Below, piece by piece: positions 25,401 through 38,700 of a stretch of 64,000 nucleotides of DNA. This DNA is from Hypanus sabinus (taxonomy: Eukaryota). Both the position numbers and the translations under genes were made by a program. The notes beneath the pieces were generated by a model. That model did no database searches and had not been told where the DNA came from. It saw only the letters and a list, made by a program, of their open reading frames with translations. Positions within the stretch are counted from its first letter, which is position 1. Each line of letters starts with the position of its first letter. The stretch spans positions 20,522,001 through 20,586,000 of the forward strand of contig NC_082731.1 of NCBI RefSeq assembly GCF_030144855.1, given 5' to 3'.

Positions 25401-25833
25401 ATGAATTTCCTGCGTTCTGTGCTGATTATATTGGCTATCATGCCCGGTGAGTCTTCGCGGTAACGGTCTGTATCTGTTCCTTATGTCCGGAGAAAGCTCG
25501 ATCTGTTCATGCATTCTGTCATTTTATTGCAGGAGCAATTGGGAAAGATTCCGTGACGCAGTGGCCGACTGATTTAACGATTGTGGAAGAACAAAATGTA
25601 ACACTGAACTGTAACTACACTAGCGCAACTAACTATATATTTTGGTACGTTCAGCATCGAGTGGAATCTCCAAAATACTTGCTGCAGTTGTATACGACTG
25701 GAAAGATTTATCGGCATGCAGAATGTCCGGCGAGGTTTACCGGTGGTTTGGAGAGTGGCAGCAATACGGCACATTTGAACATATCTGGTGCTTTCATGTC
25801 GGACTCCGCCGTGTATCTTTGTGCAATGAAGCC
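25401..25833 (+). CDS. Intact TCR alpha/delta-like V gene segment (V4): exon 1 25401-25446, exon 2 25533-25833
   Basis: The leader reads MNFLRSVLIILAIMPG, followed by an 86-nt GT-AG intron. The V exon is open: AIGKDSVTQWPTDLTIVEEQNVTLNCNYTSATNYIFWYVQHRVESPKYLLQLYTTGKIYRHAECPARFTGGLESGSNTAHLNISGAFMSDSAVYLCAMK. Both canonical Cys residues and the FR2 Trp are present. Confidence 0.93.
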
Positions 25834-25872
25834 CACAGTGTTGCAAAGTGATGAGAGCTCCGAACAAAATCC
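25834..25872 (+). other. 23-bp-spacer RSS of V4
   Basis: CACAGTG, 23-nt spacer, ACAAAATCC. Confidence 0.93.
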
Positions 25873-25895
25873 GACGTCCGTGATGCAGTGAGCGC

Positions 25896-25909
25896 TCGCT
25901 AGAGGGTGC
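25896..25909 (+). promoter_or_regulatory. CTCF-like motif 23 nt 3' of the V4 RSS
   Basis: TCGCTAGAGGGTGC matches the CTCF core CCRCYAGRKGGCRC at 12 of 14 positions. Confidence 0.5.
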
Positions 25910-27911
25910 CCTTTGCCGAGAGCACAGAGTCAAATCCCTCACGATCACGTGATCGACTTAAAATGCGAATATTGTTCCAGGAATATATGCAGATTTGAGG
26001 AACTGTCGGTCAATGGAATGTGCACCAATTTGCACAAATTGAAACGTTAAGAACATTTTCCAAACATATCAATGTCCGTTTTCGCCGTTTATTAACAAAC
26101 CGATTTCGCCCGATATTTTTGCCGGACATCTTCTTTGACAACTTTGGCTGAGGTTTTTGACGCTTTCACAGTGAAGACGAGGCTGGAACCTGCAAATGCA
26201 GATTCTGTAAATGTGAAGACAGCAAAGGATCAGAAATAACACCGAAACCTAACTAATCAACGTAGAGAGGAAATAGATTGGTTTTAATGTAGGGAAATGA
26301 GTGTAAAATTTGTTTTATGCATAGTGAAGTTGTCGACAATTAGTTAAATCTGATGACTCAATAGCCCTATGAAATTTTCTAGCAGGGGAACATTAGACTG
26401 AGATAGATGAGTAAATGGATAGATAGATTGTTANNNNNNNNNNNNNNNNNNNNNNNNNNNNNNNNNNNNNNNNNNNNNNNNNNNNNNNNNNNNNNNNNNN
26501 NNNNNNNNNNNNNNNNNNNNNNNNNNNNNNNNNNNNNNNNNNNNNNNNNNNNNNNNNNNNNNNNNNNNNNNNNNNNNNNNNNNNNNNNNNNNNNNNNNNN
26601 NNNNNNNNNNNGAGTGGGAGAGAAACACGCTGCCATGGGAATTTATGGAAGCTGTCTAGTTAGAAAAAGTGCGCATGTTAGTCAAATGAATGCAGAAACA
26701 AATGTATGTTTGTGCCAATCAACTTTTTAATTACTCTAACAAGTCAGCTTTACATTCTGTACACAAGTGTCTACAATACCTTGAATTAGTGGCAAAGAAA
26801 ACTACTGCAGGAACGCAGCGTGTCGGCTCGGATAACATTTGTGGCGTGGCAGGTATCAAATCGAAATCTGGTATCAGAAGAGTGAATGTTGAGAAGAGAT
26901 AACTAGTTCAAAAATGGTACCACAAAGAGTTTGGGTGGCAATAGTCGAAGCCAATTGAGCGAGGTGTGTGATGGGTAGCTGGAGTCATGTACGGAAGCTA
27001 GTGGTATGCTGCAGATGCTGGAATCTAACAATGCTGGGGATTGATGAAATCAAATACATGTCAATAAACTCTTAGAAGAGGTTGGGTAAACATAAGGAAC
27101 TTCGGATGCCCATTGGAGACTTGACAGTGCTTTATAAGATTATCAGAGTTATAGATAGGAGATTGGCAATGTCTTTGACCAATCTACGTTCCTTCGATTT
27201 CTGCATTTGGTTTTGTATTTCTATTTATTTGTATTTATATGATATTATTATACAACTTTAATTACCAAAACAATATTATTCAATGTTATTCTTTCGTGCT
27301 ATCCTGATATGCATAACTTAGTACCCATGGATGTTGGACCGTTTATATCAGGTAAAAGGAATGGTTCTGAATAACGCCCCACCCCGACCAATGCAGGGCT
27401 GCTCAATCTGCCAAACCCAACCTCACAGAGTATTCATTGGGCTCAAAATATACTAAGTGTGCAAGACTTACAGACTTAGCCCGAGTGAACTGGTAATTGC
27501 TCACTCGTTCGTTTCTTTCCTCAACTGAGTTGTTATAAATTACTTCCCGATCTCGTTTCCTGCACTCTTACATACGACTTCTCCACGCTTCCAGAAAATC
27601 GTTCTTTAGAATTTCCCACGTAGAGAACAAAAACGTCTCACCCTCCTCTGCGACTGTGCTCAGGAGCGCATGTGCCTCAATATGCAAGAAGCATAATCTT
27701 TCCCAAAAAGATTGCTCCAGCTGCGGTGTTGCCGAAGCTACAAACTCAGTGGCTTCGAACTTCACATTGCACTCTCATCTCACACCACCGCATTAAATAA
27801 ATAATCTACTGTTGCATAAGCATCTATGAGAAAAAAAAGATTAAAAACAATAAACGCTTCGAAATCTCTCTCGTTAAGCGGCGTGCGTGGTTGTAAAATA
27901 TATCTTAGACA

Positions 27912-27976
27912 TCATTGTGCACATGATAATAATATCTTAGACCAAGTCTAAGATATTATTGTCATGTGCACAATGA
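27912..27976. repeat. Near-perfect inverted repeat (31-bp arms, 3-nt loop)
   Basis: tcattgtgcacatgataataatatcttagac-caa-gtctaagatattattgtcatgtgcacaatga, with 1 mismatch. Confidence 0.85.
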
Positions 27977-30900
27977 GACTAACACATAGCTGCAATTAAA
28001 AACTTACTTGAAGCAATATCACAGATATTTCACAGCTCAGAAGCATCATTCACAAAAATCAAAGAGAACTTTAAAAGGAAAGAATGTAATTACAACAGAT
28101 ACAAAACCCATTTTAATGCCGAGTAATCAGAGTGATCACAGTGTTCCTAAGCTGCCGAGAATACAGTTCTGCCTGTTGGTTCTAGGACTAATTGATGAAA
28201 TGAAGCGGCTGTCCCTGAACCAGGTGGTCAGGCTTTTCAAGTGTTTGAGTTACCCAATATTTGGTCTATCACACCTGTACTTCCTCCTTTCTCACTCGAA
28301 ACCCATCCAGAGTCTCTCTTCCAGCTCCAGTATCTGAGCCTCCTTCTCCCATTCCACATCTCTTATACCAGTTTATCAACCCTGGCCCGTGAAATGTTTC
28401 GTCTTCTCACCAACAAGCCGCTATCTATTCTTCCCTTCTCGTAATATTTTTTCACTGATCCTCTCTCTGAATATTCCATTTCTCTCTGCTCCAGATGGCT
28501 CTATTATCCTTTTCTGATCTCCGCACAAAAATCACGCACAAGCCTTGTTTTCTTTGTGAAAATTGTCTTGAACCGTCTTCTGGACTCGTGTCCCATGTTT
28601 GGGTTTTACACGCAATACCTCCGGCAGTTCGTTCCGCTATTCTGTCTCAGGAAATGTGCAGGGATGGAGATATATTTCCAAATCAGGAGGGTGTGTAGTT
28701 TGGAGGGGTACTCCCACTTTCCTCCTGTTGATGGCGGATGAGACAAGATGGAACATATGCAATCGTGGGTCTTCGACAATGTTGCCTTCTTTTCCTTCTG
28801 TCCAAAGTACAATCACTTCAAAACAAGTGAAGCTTCTTTCATGCATTTTGTGGAAAGTTTGTACCTTCTCCCTTTAAGCCGTGTCTTTTCGGATCGGTTG
28901 TGCGACCTCGCGCTTCACTATCTCCAGGAACAGACTGAAAGAATTGCGCCCTCGCGGAGTTTGCTTGTGAACGACCAGGTGGTCACCGATTTCGCTGACT
29001 GATGTGCCGTGGACAGCTGAAACGTCGAGACAGCCAGAGGTGGTGTTACCATTCGCTGGCTGCTGCAGAAAGAAGTCCCTTTCCCTCGAGGGAATCAACC
29101 TTCTCTCTCTCTTTACATCGAGAGTTCCAGCCTGTTATTTTTCGATACGGATAATTGTAAAAGCAAAGCGGAAGATTGTTACATTGAAACATTTGGGATT
29201 CCTTCTCGTTGTTGCAGAAACCACCTCTCTCTCCTTCGATGTACAGAGTGACAAAGTCTGTCTGAGATAGCTAATGGACGCTTGAAGAATGAACCGTTAT
29301 CCACAATATCTAAAAAAAAGACTTCCAGCACAATGATCACTAACAACAAAAAAAATAAACACAACTGGCGATTTTATCGTTCCAGATTACTGAAGGTTTC
29401 TGATTAGTTGAGTAGCAGAAAATATATTGCAGTAAATGGATCTGTAAAGATTTAAGTTAAAGCAGACAAATCCATAACTTCGAGAACATGGTAGAATGAA
29501 GAAGATTGCCGACGGAATCTGAAGGCGGTTAAGCTCAGTATGAATGGGGAATATTGTGGGCTGGCATGAAGCTGCATTTCTAAAAACTGTTCACATTTCT
29601 GGACTATCTCGCTCCTTAGCATTTTGAAGGTAGCATTCAGACATGAGAGATAGACGTACACGCGCCTACAGGAATTATGGGAAATTCCGACGAAGGGCAT
29701 TTTTGCTGCCCAATTTCAGTAAATCTTCCTTAAGATTATCCTTTCGTGCCAGATAATTATTTTTGTCCGGGGTGCCATGCGGAGGGAATGCTCGAGAGAG
29801 TTTTAGATCAAGCTCATGTGGCAATTAATTTAACTGACTTCAGTCAGAGACGATTATGTACTTTAGGTTATTTTAGAATGCATCTCTGACTTATTGGTTC
29901 CTGAACGCCTTTGATCACGGACCAGACACTGCGTATTAAATGCATTTAAAAGTCTGTGGTATGGTTGCAAATCATGAGGTGTGAGGTTTGTGTGTGCTTC
30001 CAAAGAAAGCATTTTGGGTGTATTGTATATACGGATTTGTCTTTTGATGGTTAGTACATAATATATGAGGTAGCGTAGGCAGCGAGTCCTTTCAACCTGA
30101 AGGGCCTTAATAACATTATATTGCCTGCTATATCTTGTTTTTATCAAAAAAACTCACCTTGACTATAATCGGGTCTCGTTTTTAGGTGCGTCGTTTTCCC
30201 CCACCGTCTAGGAGAAAACTCAACTACCTAACTCCTCTCCGCGGGGATTGCTCTCTCAGCGATTCTTTTTCATTCGTCATCACCATTATTCTTCAACCAG
30301 GCAATTATTCTTTTAAGCGGCTTGATAGCTACACCTGCCTCACTACCATTAAGAGTCGAATACGTTTTTCTTATTTTCTCCCTCAGAGGCGTGCCCTCCA
30401 TTTGCCGGAGGGAAGACATGCTGAGAGAAATGCGTCTGAATTACAGTTTGCGAGTGGGCAGAGGAGAGAGTGAATTCCAGGGAAACGTGTGGGGAACTAA
30501 TATGGAGCGAAAATAGAGGGAGAAAGAGGGCGATTGGGTTAGATGGAGTGAGAAAGTGAATAAATGAGGGAAACGTAAGAACAGAGAAATTGCGCGCGTG
30601 TGTGTGCGTGTGTGAGAGAGAAATGGTGATCGATAGAGCAGTAAGTAGAGCGAGAGGCAGGGGAAGAAAGTGAAACCGGGAAGGGCAGACAGTGGAAGAA
30701 GATGTAAGAAAGATAATGAGGTCCAACCATCGTAGCATATATTTGCGAAACTCTCCGTCAATGGAATGTGTAACAATTTGCACACATTGAAACGTTAATA
30801 ACATTTCCCAAGCAGATCAATGTCCATTTTCACTGTCTATCAACAAACCGATATCGCGAGATATTTTTGCTGGACATCGTTTTTGACTACTTTGTCAGAG

Positions 30901-33900
30901 ACGTGAAGACAGCGAAGACGAGGCTGGAACCTACAAATGCAGAATATGCACATGTGAAGACAGCTGAGGATCAGATATAACAGAGAAGCCTATCTAATCA
31001 ACGTAGAGAGGAAATCGATTCTTTTTAATATTGGGAGTTTAGTGTAAAATTTGTTTTATGCACAGAGTGAAGTTGCAACTAATTAGTTGAATCTAATGCA
31101 AACACTCGGCCTAGGAAACTTTATATCAGGGGAACATTAGACTGAGTTAGATAAGTAAATCTGTGGATAGATTGTTNNNNNNNNNNNNNNNNNNNNNNNN
31201 NNNNNNNNNNNNNNNNNNNNNNNNNNNNNNNNNNNNNNNNNNNNNNNNNNNNNNNNNNNNNNNNNNNNNNNNNNNNNNNNNNNNNNNNNNNNNNNNNNNN
31301 NNNNNNNNNNNNNNNNNNNNNNNNNTGAGGTTGGTCGATAGCATTTAGGTAGACATTGTGCGTATGTGAGTCAAATGAACGTAGAAACAAAAGAACGATT
31401 GTGCCAATCAACTTTTTAACCACTCTAACTAGTAAACTTTCTATTCTATACACAAGCGTCCAGATTACCTTGAATCGGGGGCAAAGAAACGCAGCGTGTC
31501 GAGTCCAATAACATTGGCAAGGCAGGTATCAGATCAAAATCTGGTATCAGCAGAGCAAACGTTGAGAGGAGAACACAAGGTCAAAAATGGTAACACAAAG
31601 AGAATGGGTGGCAATAGTTGGAGACAATTGAGCGAGGTGTGTGATGGGCAGCTGGAGTCATGTACCAAAGGTAGTGGTTTGCTGATGATACTGGAATCTA
31701 ATAAGGCTGAAGATTGATGAAATCAGATACATGTCAATAAACTCTTAGCAGAGGTTGGACAATCATGAGGAACTTTTCATGCCCATTGGAGACTTGGCAG
31801 TGCTTTATTAGATTATCACATTTATAGATAGGAGATTGACAATGTGTTTTCCGCAGGATGGAAATGTTAAACAGTAGAGGTATTGTTTTAAGTCGAGAGT
31901 AGTACAGTTTAAATGGTAGTTTCCAATCTAGCGTTATCTCTGCACACTGATTGCTGGATAACTGCAATGGTCTATCCGGAGATAAGTGTTGCAAGCAGAT
32001 ATAATGTTTAAAATTCACTTAGATAGGCTAAAGGCGGGAGTACAGACCATGTTCAGGGTCATGAAACTCTACAGTGGTATTGTGATTGATACTGGAAAGG
32101 TGCGCTGTCCTATCGGTCCCTGTGCTGTACTGTTTAAAGTTCCAATATACGTTCCTTCGATTACTGCATTTGGTTTTGTATTTTTATTTATTTATATTTA
32201 TATTCTATTATTATACGATTTTATTTACCAAAACAATATCATTGAGTCTTTATTTTCCGTGCTATCCTGATATGCATAAGTTAGTACCAAAGGATGTTGG
32301 ACCGTTTATATCAGGTAAAAGGAATGGCTATGAATAAAGCCCCACCCCGTCCAATGCAGGACCGCTCAAGCTGCCAAATCCAACGTCACTGAATCGATCG
32401 ATTATGCTTAAAATATGCAAACTGTGTAGCACCTTCAGACTTAGCCTGAGTGAACTGGTAATTCCTCACTCGTCCTTTTCGTTCCTCAATTGAGGTGTTA
32501 CAAATTACTTCCCGATTTCGTTTCCAGTACTCTTTAATACGATATGACTTCATATTGCCTCCAGACAATCGTTCAATTAACAACAGTAAAAAAACACTAC
32601 TTACGATTTTATTATTCCAGATTACTGAAAGTCTCTGATTAGTTGAATATCACAAAATAGAAAATATATTGCAGAAAATGGATCGTCAGAGATTTAAGTT
32701 AAAGCAGAGACAACATCCATAACTTCGATACCATGGTAGAATGGAAAAGATTGCAGACGGAATCTGAGGACTGTTACGTTCGGTTTGAATGCGAATAGTG
32801 TGGGCTGGCATGAAGCTGCCTTTCTGAAGACTGTTGTTCACATTTCTGTACAAACTCTCCCTTAGCATTATCAGTTAGGCATGATAGATAGATGGACAGG
32901 TGCCTTGAGAAAATATGGGGAAATTCCGACACAGAGCACCTTTTCTGCCCAATTTGAGTAAATCTTCCTTAAGATTGGCCTTTCGTGCTAGATAAGTATT
33001 TTTGTACGGTATGCCAAGAGGGAAAGTTCAAGAGGGTTTTAGATACATTTCATGTGTTAATTAATGTAACTGACTTCGGCCATTAGGCTTCAGTGTCGAA
33101 TATGCACTTTCAAATGCAGCTCTGAGCAATTGGTTCCTAAATGCCTTTTATCACGGATCAGACAACGCGTATTAAAATGCATTTAAATGTCTTTGGTATG
33201 GTTGCGAATCATGAGGTGTGAGGTTTGTGTGTGCTTCCAACGAAAGCATTGTGAGTGTATTATATATACGGATTTGTCCTTTGATGGTAAATACATAATA
33301 TATGAGGTAGCGTGCGCAGCGGGACCTTTCAAAATAAAGGGCCTTAATAACAGCATATTGCATATTGCATGCTGTATCCTGTTTTTAATAAAAAAACTCA
33401 CCCTGAGCATAATCGGGTCTTGTTTATAGGTGCGTCGTTTGCTCCACCCTCCAGGAGCAAACCCGACGAACGAACTCATCCCCTCCGCTTTCCGCGGGGA
33501 TTTCTCTCTCCGCGATTCCTTTTCATTCGTCATGACCATTAATCTTCAACCAGGCACTTATTCTTGAAAGCGGCTTGATAGCTACACTTGCCTCACTACC
33601 ACTGAGTGCCACGTTTTACGTATTTTCTGCCTCAGTGGCGTGCTCTCCGTTTACCGGACGGAAGACATGCTGAGAGAAATGCGTCTGAATTGCGGTTTGA
33701 CAGTGGGCAGAGGAGAGAATAAAATTAGGGAAAAGTGAAGGAAACTAATATGATGCGGAAATGGAGGGACAGAAAGGATGATAGGGAATGATGGAGTGCG
33801 AAAGTAAATAAATGAAGTAGACGTAAGAGCACTGAAATTGTGTGTGTGTGTGAGAGAGCGAGCGAGAGAGAGACGGTGATCGATAGAGTAGTAAATTGAA

Positions 33901-35082
33901 TGAGAGGGAGGAGAAGAGAGAGGAACTGTGAAGGGCAGACTTAGTGGAAGAAGATGTAAGAAAGATAATGAGGTCCAGCCACCGTAGCATAGTGTTTATC
34001 GCAACTCTGTTTACAGTTCCTGGGCAGCAGATTTAGGTGTTCCTTTCCGGTGCATCTATACATGGCCTGCAACACTTCCCTTCGGAATGTGCGGAAATTT
34101 TGCGGAATCTCCAGTCTCCGCTCATACTCCAAAGACGTACTGATAGGTAGGTTAATAACTTTATGCGAATTGCGCTGTGATTAGGATCGGGTCTTCGATC
34201 GCTACAGGTGATGTTCCGTGCCCGACGGGACTATTCCGGGATCCACCGCTAAGTAAAGCAGTAAACAAGTAAACTTAAAGTTGAAATTGTAGGGCAGAGA
34301 AAACATGAGTGAGAGAGAGGAAGACGGAGTGAGGAAGATAAAATGAAAGGGAAAGACGGAGCAAGAGGGAAGGAAGGATGCATTGAGGATAGGCTTGAGA
34401 AAACAATTGAGTAGGATAAAAAGAAAGAGGGAAAGACAAAGTGAAAGGCAGAAACGAGATAGAGGCAAGCAACGCCTGTAACATTGAAGGAACGATCGAT
34501 GGAGAAAGTACTGACACGGGAAGGAATGAAAAGTGGAAGGTTAGAGATGAATAAGATGTGAGGCATCCAGAGAAAGAGAGCGAGATGGAGAGATAATAAA
34601 TGAAAGTCAATATTCAACACACCAACTCCTAAAGTGAATTTGTATGCAGTGAGGAATATGGAGAAAGTCGAAGCATTGAGAAGAGGCACTGGAAATAAAT
34701 GCTGGAGAGTCAGCGAGCAATATTGAGAACATGTCAGAAAGAGTGAGAGATAGATAGATAGAGAGCGGGGCAGTGAGTGTGTGTGTGAGAGAGAGGTGCA
34801 GCAGAACAGAAAGAGCGAATGGGGGGATGAATATAATTAGAATATGGCGCTTAGAAAAATAGAGGCCAATGGAGCAGCCTAGTTAGTACTAAGGTAAGGG
34901 CAAGTTGAGCACAGTGTGGGCCGAAGGACCTGTATTGTGCTGTAGATTTTCTATGTTACTATGTTTCTAGTGAGTGTGATTGCAAGTAAGTGAAAGCAGC
35001 AGAAACATTGCGAGGAAATAATACTTGAAAGAAAGAGGTACAAAGGCAGGCTGTAACAGCCAAAATAACTGAAACAAAGATG

Positions 35083-35127
35083 TGATTGGTGTCTGGATCG
35101 GATTTTGTCGGCGCTCACAGCCAATCA
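35083..35127 (+). promoter_or_regulatory. Inverted CCAAT-box pair upstream of V5
   Basis: TGATTGG (35083-35089), 31 nt, CCAATCA (35121-35127). Confidence 0.6.
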
Positions 35128-35259
35128 ATCCACTGGCAGTCCTACGCCCCCACATTTACGCAAGCTGAAGTATGCCGCAGGTCTGATTTTACACTTCATT
35201 GTCAGTCAAGGATATTAACTTACTGGACTGCAAGTAAGCTGTCTTTCGATACTTACACC

Positions 35260-35692
35260 ATGAAATCCCTGTGCTCTCTACTGATTATATTGGCGATGAT
35301 GCCCGGTGAGTCTTCGCGCTAACGGTCTGTATCTGTTCCGTATGTCCGGAGAAAGCTCGATTTGTTCATGCATTCTGTCATTCAATTGCAGGAGCAACCG
35401 GGAAATATTCCGTAACGCAGTGGCCGACTGATTTAACGATTGTGGAAGAACAAAATGTAACACTGAACTGTAATTACACTGGTAGCCCTAGCTATATTTT
35501 TTGGTACGTTCAGCATCGAGTGAAATCTCCAAAATACTTGCTAAACGTGCATAGCACCGGAAAGGTTTATCGGCATGAAGAATGTCCGGCGAGGTTTACC
35601 GGTGGTTTGGAGAGTGGCAGCAATACGGCACATTTGAACATATCTGGTGCTTTCGTGTCGGACTCCGCCGTGTATCTTTGTGCCATGAAGCC
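35260..35692 (+). CDS. Intact TCR alpha/delta-like V gene segment (V5): exon 1 35260-35305, exon 2 35392-35692
   Basis: The leader reads MKSLCSLLIILAMMPG, followed by an 86-nt intron. The V exon is open: ATGKYSVTQWPTDLTIVEEQNVTLNCNYTGSPSYIFWYVQ...ECPARF...DSAVYLCAMK. Confidence 0.93.
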
Positions 35693-35731
35693 CACAGTGT
35701 TGCAAGGCGATGAGAGCTCCGGACAAAATCC
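35693..35731 (+). other. 23-bp-spacer RSS of V5
   Basis: CACAGTG, 23-nt spacer, ACAAAATCC. Confidence 0.93.
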
Positions 35732-38700
35732 GACGTCCGTGATGCAGTGAGCGCTCGCTAGAGGGGGCCCTTTGCCGAGAAACTGGCAGGAGCGCAGATG
35801 CAAATCCCTCACGATCATGTGATCGACTTAAAATGCGAATATTGTTCGCAGAAAATATGCAGATGTGAGGAACTCTCCGTCAATGGAATATGCACCGATT
35901 TGCAAAAATTGAAACGTTAAAAAACATTTCCCAAACATATCAATGTCCGTTTCGTTCGCCGTTTATCAACAAACCGATTTCGTCCGATATTTTTGCTGGA
36001 CATCTTCTTTGACAACTTTGGCTGAGAACCTTAAGGCTGTCACAGTGAAGATGTGGCTGGAACCTGCAAATGCAGAATCTGCACATGTGCAGACAGCAGA
36101 GGATTAGATATAACACCGATACCTATCTAATCAACGTAGAGAGGAAATAGATTTTTTTAAATACAGGTAGTTGAGTCAAAATTTTTTTTAATGCATAGAG
36201 TGAATTTTCCGCCAATTATTGGAATCTGATGCAATCACTAGGCCTAGGAGGCATTCTAGCAGGGGAACATAAGACTGAGATAGTTAAGTAAATACAGGGA
36301 GAGAATGATGAACAGAGAGATTGAGAGCAAGAGGGAGAGCGAGTGAAACACACTGCCAGGTGTTTGGTGGAAGTTGGTCTATAGTGATTAGTTAGACAAA
36401 GTTCGCATGTAAGTCAAATGAACGCAGGAACAAAGGAATGATTGTGCCATCAACTTTTTTAACTTTTTTAATCACTCTAACAAATCAGCTTTATAATTTG
36501 TACACAAACGTCTACTATACATTGAATCGGGGGCAAAGAGTACTGTTGCAGAACGCAGCGCGTCGAGTCGAGTAACATACGTGGCGAGGCAGGTATTAGA
36601 TCGAAATCTGGTATTAGCAGAGCGAAGATTGAGAGGAGATAACTAGTTCAGGAATGGTACTACAAGGGGTTTGGGTGGAAATAGGTGGAGCCAATTGAGC
36701 GAGGTGTGTGATGGGAAGCTGGAGTCATGTACCGACCGTAGTGGAAGCTAATGGTTTGCTGCTGATGCTTGAATCTAATCAGGCTGGCGATTGATGAAAT
36801 CAGATACATGTCAATAAACACTTGGGAGAGGTTGACCAAAGATAAGGAACTTTGGATGCCCATTGGAGACTTGACAGTGTTTTAGCAGATTATCACAGTT
36901 ACAGACAGGAGATTGGCAATGTCTTTTCGCAGGGTGGAAATGTTAAATTGTAGAGGTATTGGTTGAAGGCGAGGATAGTACAGTTTAAAGGGTATTTTCC
37001 AACCTGGCGTTATCTCTGCACACTGAATGGTGGATAACTGCAATGGTCTATTCGGAGATAGGTGTTGGAAGCAGATATCACTTTTGAAATTCACTTAGAT
37101 TGGCTAAAAGCAGGGATACCGACCATGTTCAGAGGCATAAAAGTCTACAGTAGTATTGTGATAGATACTGGCAAGGTGCGCTGAGTTATCAGTCCCTGTG
37201 TTTTACTGTTCTATGTTCCAATCTGCGTTCCTTCGATTTCTGCATTTGGTTTTGTATTTCTATTTATTTGTATTTATATTTTATTAATATACAATTTTAT
37301 TTACCAAAACAATATCATGCAATCTTATTTTTTTGTGCTATACTAATATACATAACTCAGAACCCAAAGCAAGTTGGATCGTTTATATCAGGTAAAAGGA
37401 ATGGTTATGAATGAAGCCCCACCCCATCCAATGCAGGACCGCTGAGGCTGTCAAATCCAACGTCACAGAATAGATCCATTGGGCTCAAAATATGCTAACT
37501 GTGCAAGACCTACAGACTTAGCCCAAGTGAAATGGTAATTGTTCACTCGTCCTTTTCGTTCCTCAATTGAATTTGTTATAAATTACTTTCCGATCTCGTT
37601 TCCTGCGCTCTTTCCTACGACTTCTCCACGCTTCCAAACAATCGTTCTTTGGAATTTCCCACTTTGAGAACAAAAATGATACACCCTCTTCGGCGCCTGT
37701 GCCCAGGAGTGCATGTGCCTCAATATGCAAGTATCACAATCTTTCCAATAAATTGCGCCAAATGCAGTGTTGCCGAAACTACAAACTCAGTGGCTTCGAA
37801 TATTTTCCTTGCACACTCATCTCACACCACCGCATTCATTCATCCCGAAATAAATAATCGACTGTTGCATACGCATCTTTGTCCAAAGAAAAAAAAAATA
37901 TTAAGAACAATACAGTCTTGGAAAACTCTCGTGAAATGGCGTGCGTGGTTGTAAAATATATCTTAGACGATGTCTAAGATATTATTGTCATTGCACAATG
38001 AAACTAACGCATAGATGCAATGAAAACCTTACTTGTAGCAGTATCACAGTCATATAACAGTTCAGAAGTATCACTCGCAAAATCATTGAGAACTTTAAAA
38101 AAGAAAGAATGCAATTACAGCATAACCAACCCTATTTTAATGCCAAGTTATCAGAGTGATTACAATGTTCCTAAGCTGCCTTGAATGCAGTTCAGCCAGT
38201 TGGTTCAAAGACTAATTGATGAAGTGAAGCGGCTGCCCCTGAACCAGGTTGTCAGGCTTTTCCGGTGTTTGAGTTGCCCAATATCTGGTCTATCACACCA
38301 TCACTTCGTCCCTTTTCACTCCGAACCCATCCAGATTCTCCTTTCTTCAAATTTGCATTCTTCCCTATTCATTGCTCTCTCCCCAGCTATTTCACCTGTC
38401 TATCATTCCGACAATATATATTTCCATCTATCGCCTTCCAGCTCCAGTATCTGAGCCTCCATCCCCCATTCCACATCTCTTATTGCTGTCTGTCATCCCT
38501 GGCCAGTGAAATGTATCGGCTTCTCACCAACAAGCCGGTGTCTATTTTTCCCTTCCAAGAATATTTTTTACTGATCCTCTCTCTGAAAATTCCCTTTCTC
38601 TCTGCTCCTCTTGGTTCCAACATACTTTGTTTTTGAACTCAGCATATAAATGACGCATAAGCCTTATTTTCTTTGAGATAATTGTCATGAACAGTCTTCT

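Noticed and set aside
26167-26205. CACAGTG about 300 nt downstream of V4 (also after V5 and V7) as a second RSS
   Set aside because: There is no nonamer-like sequence at 12 or 23 nt in any copy.
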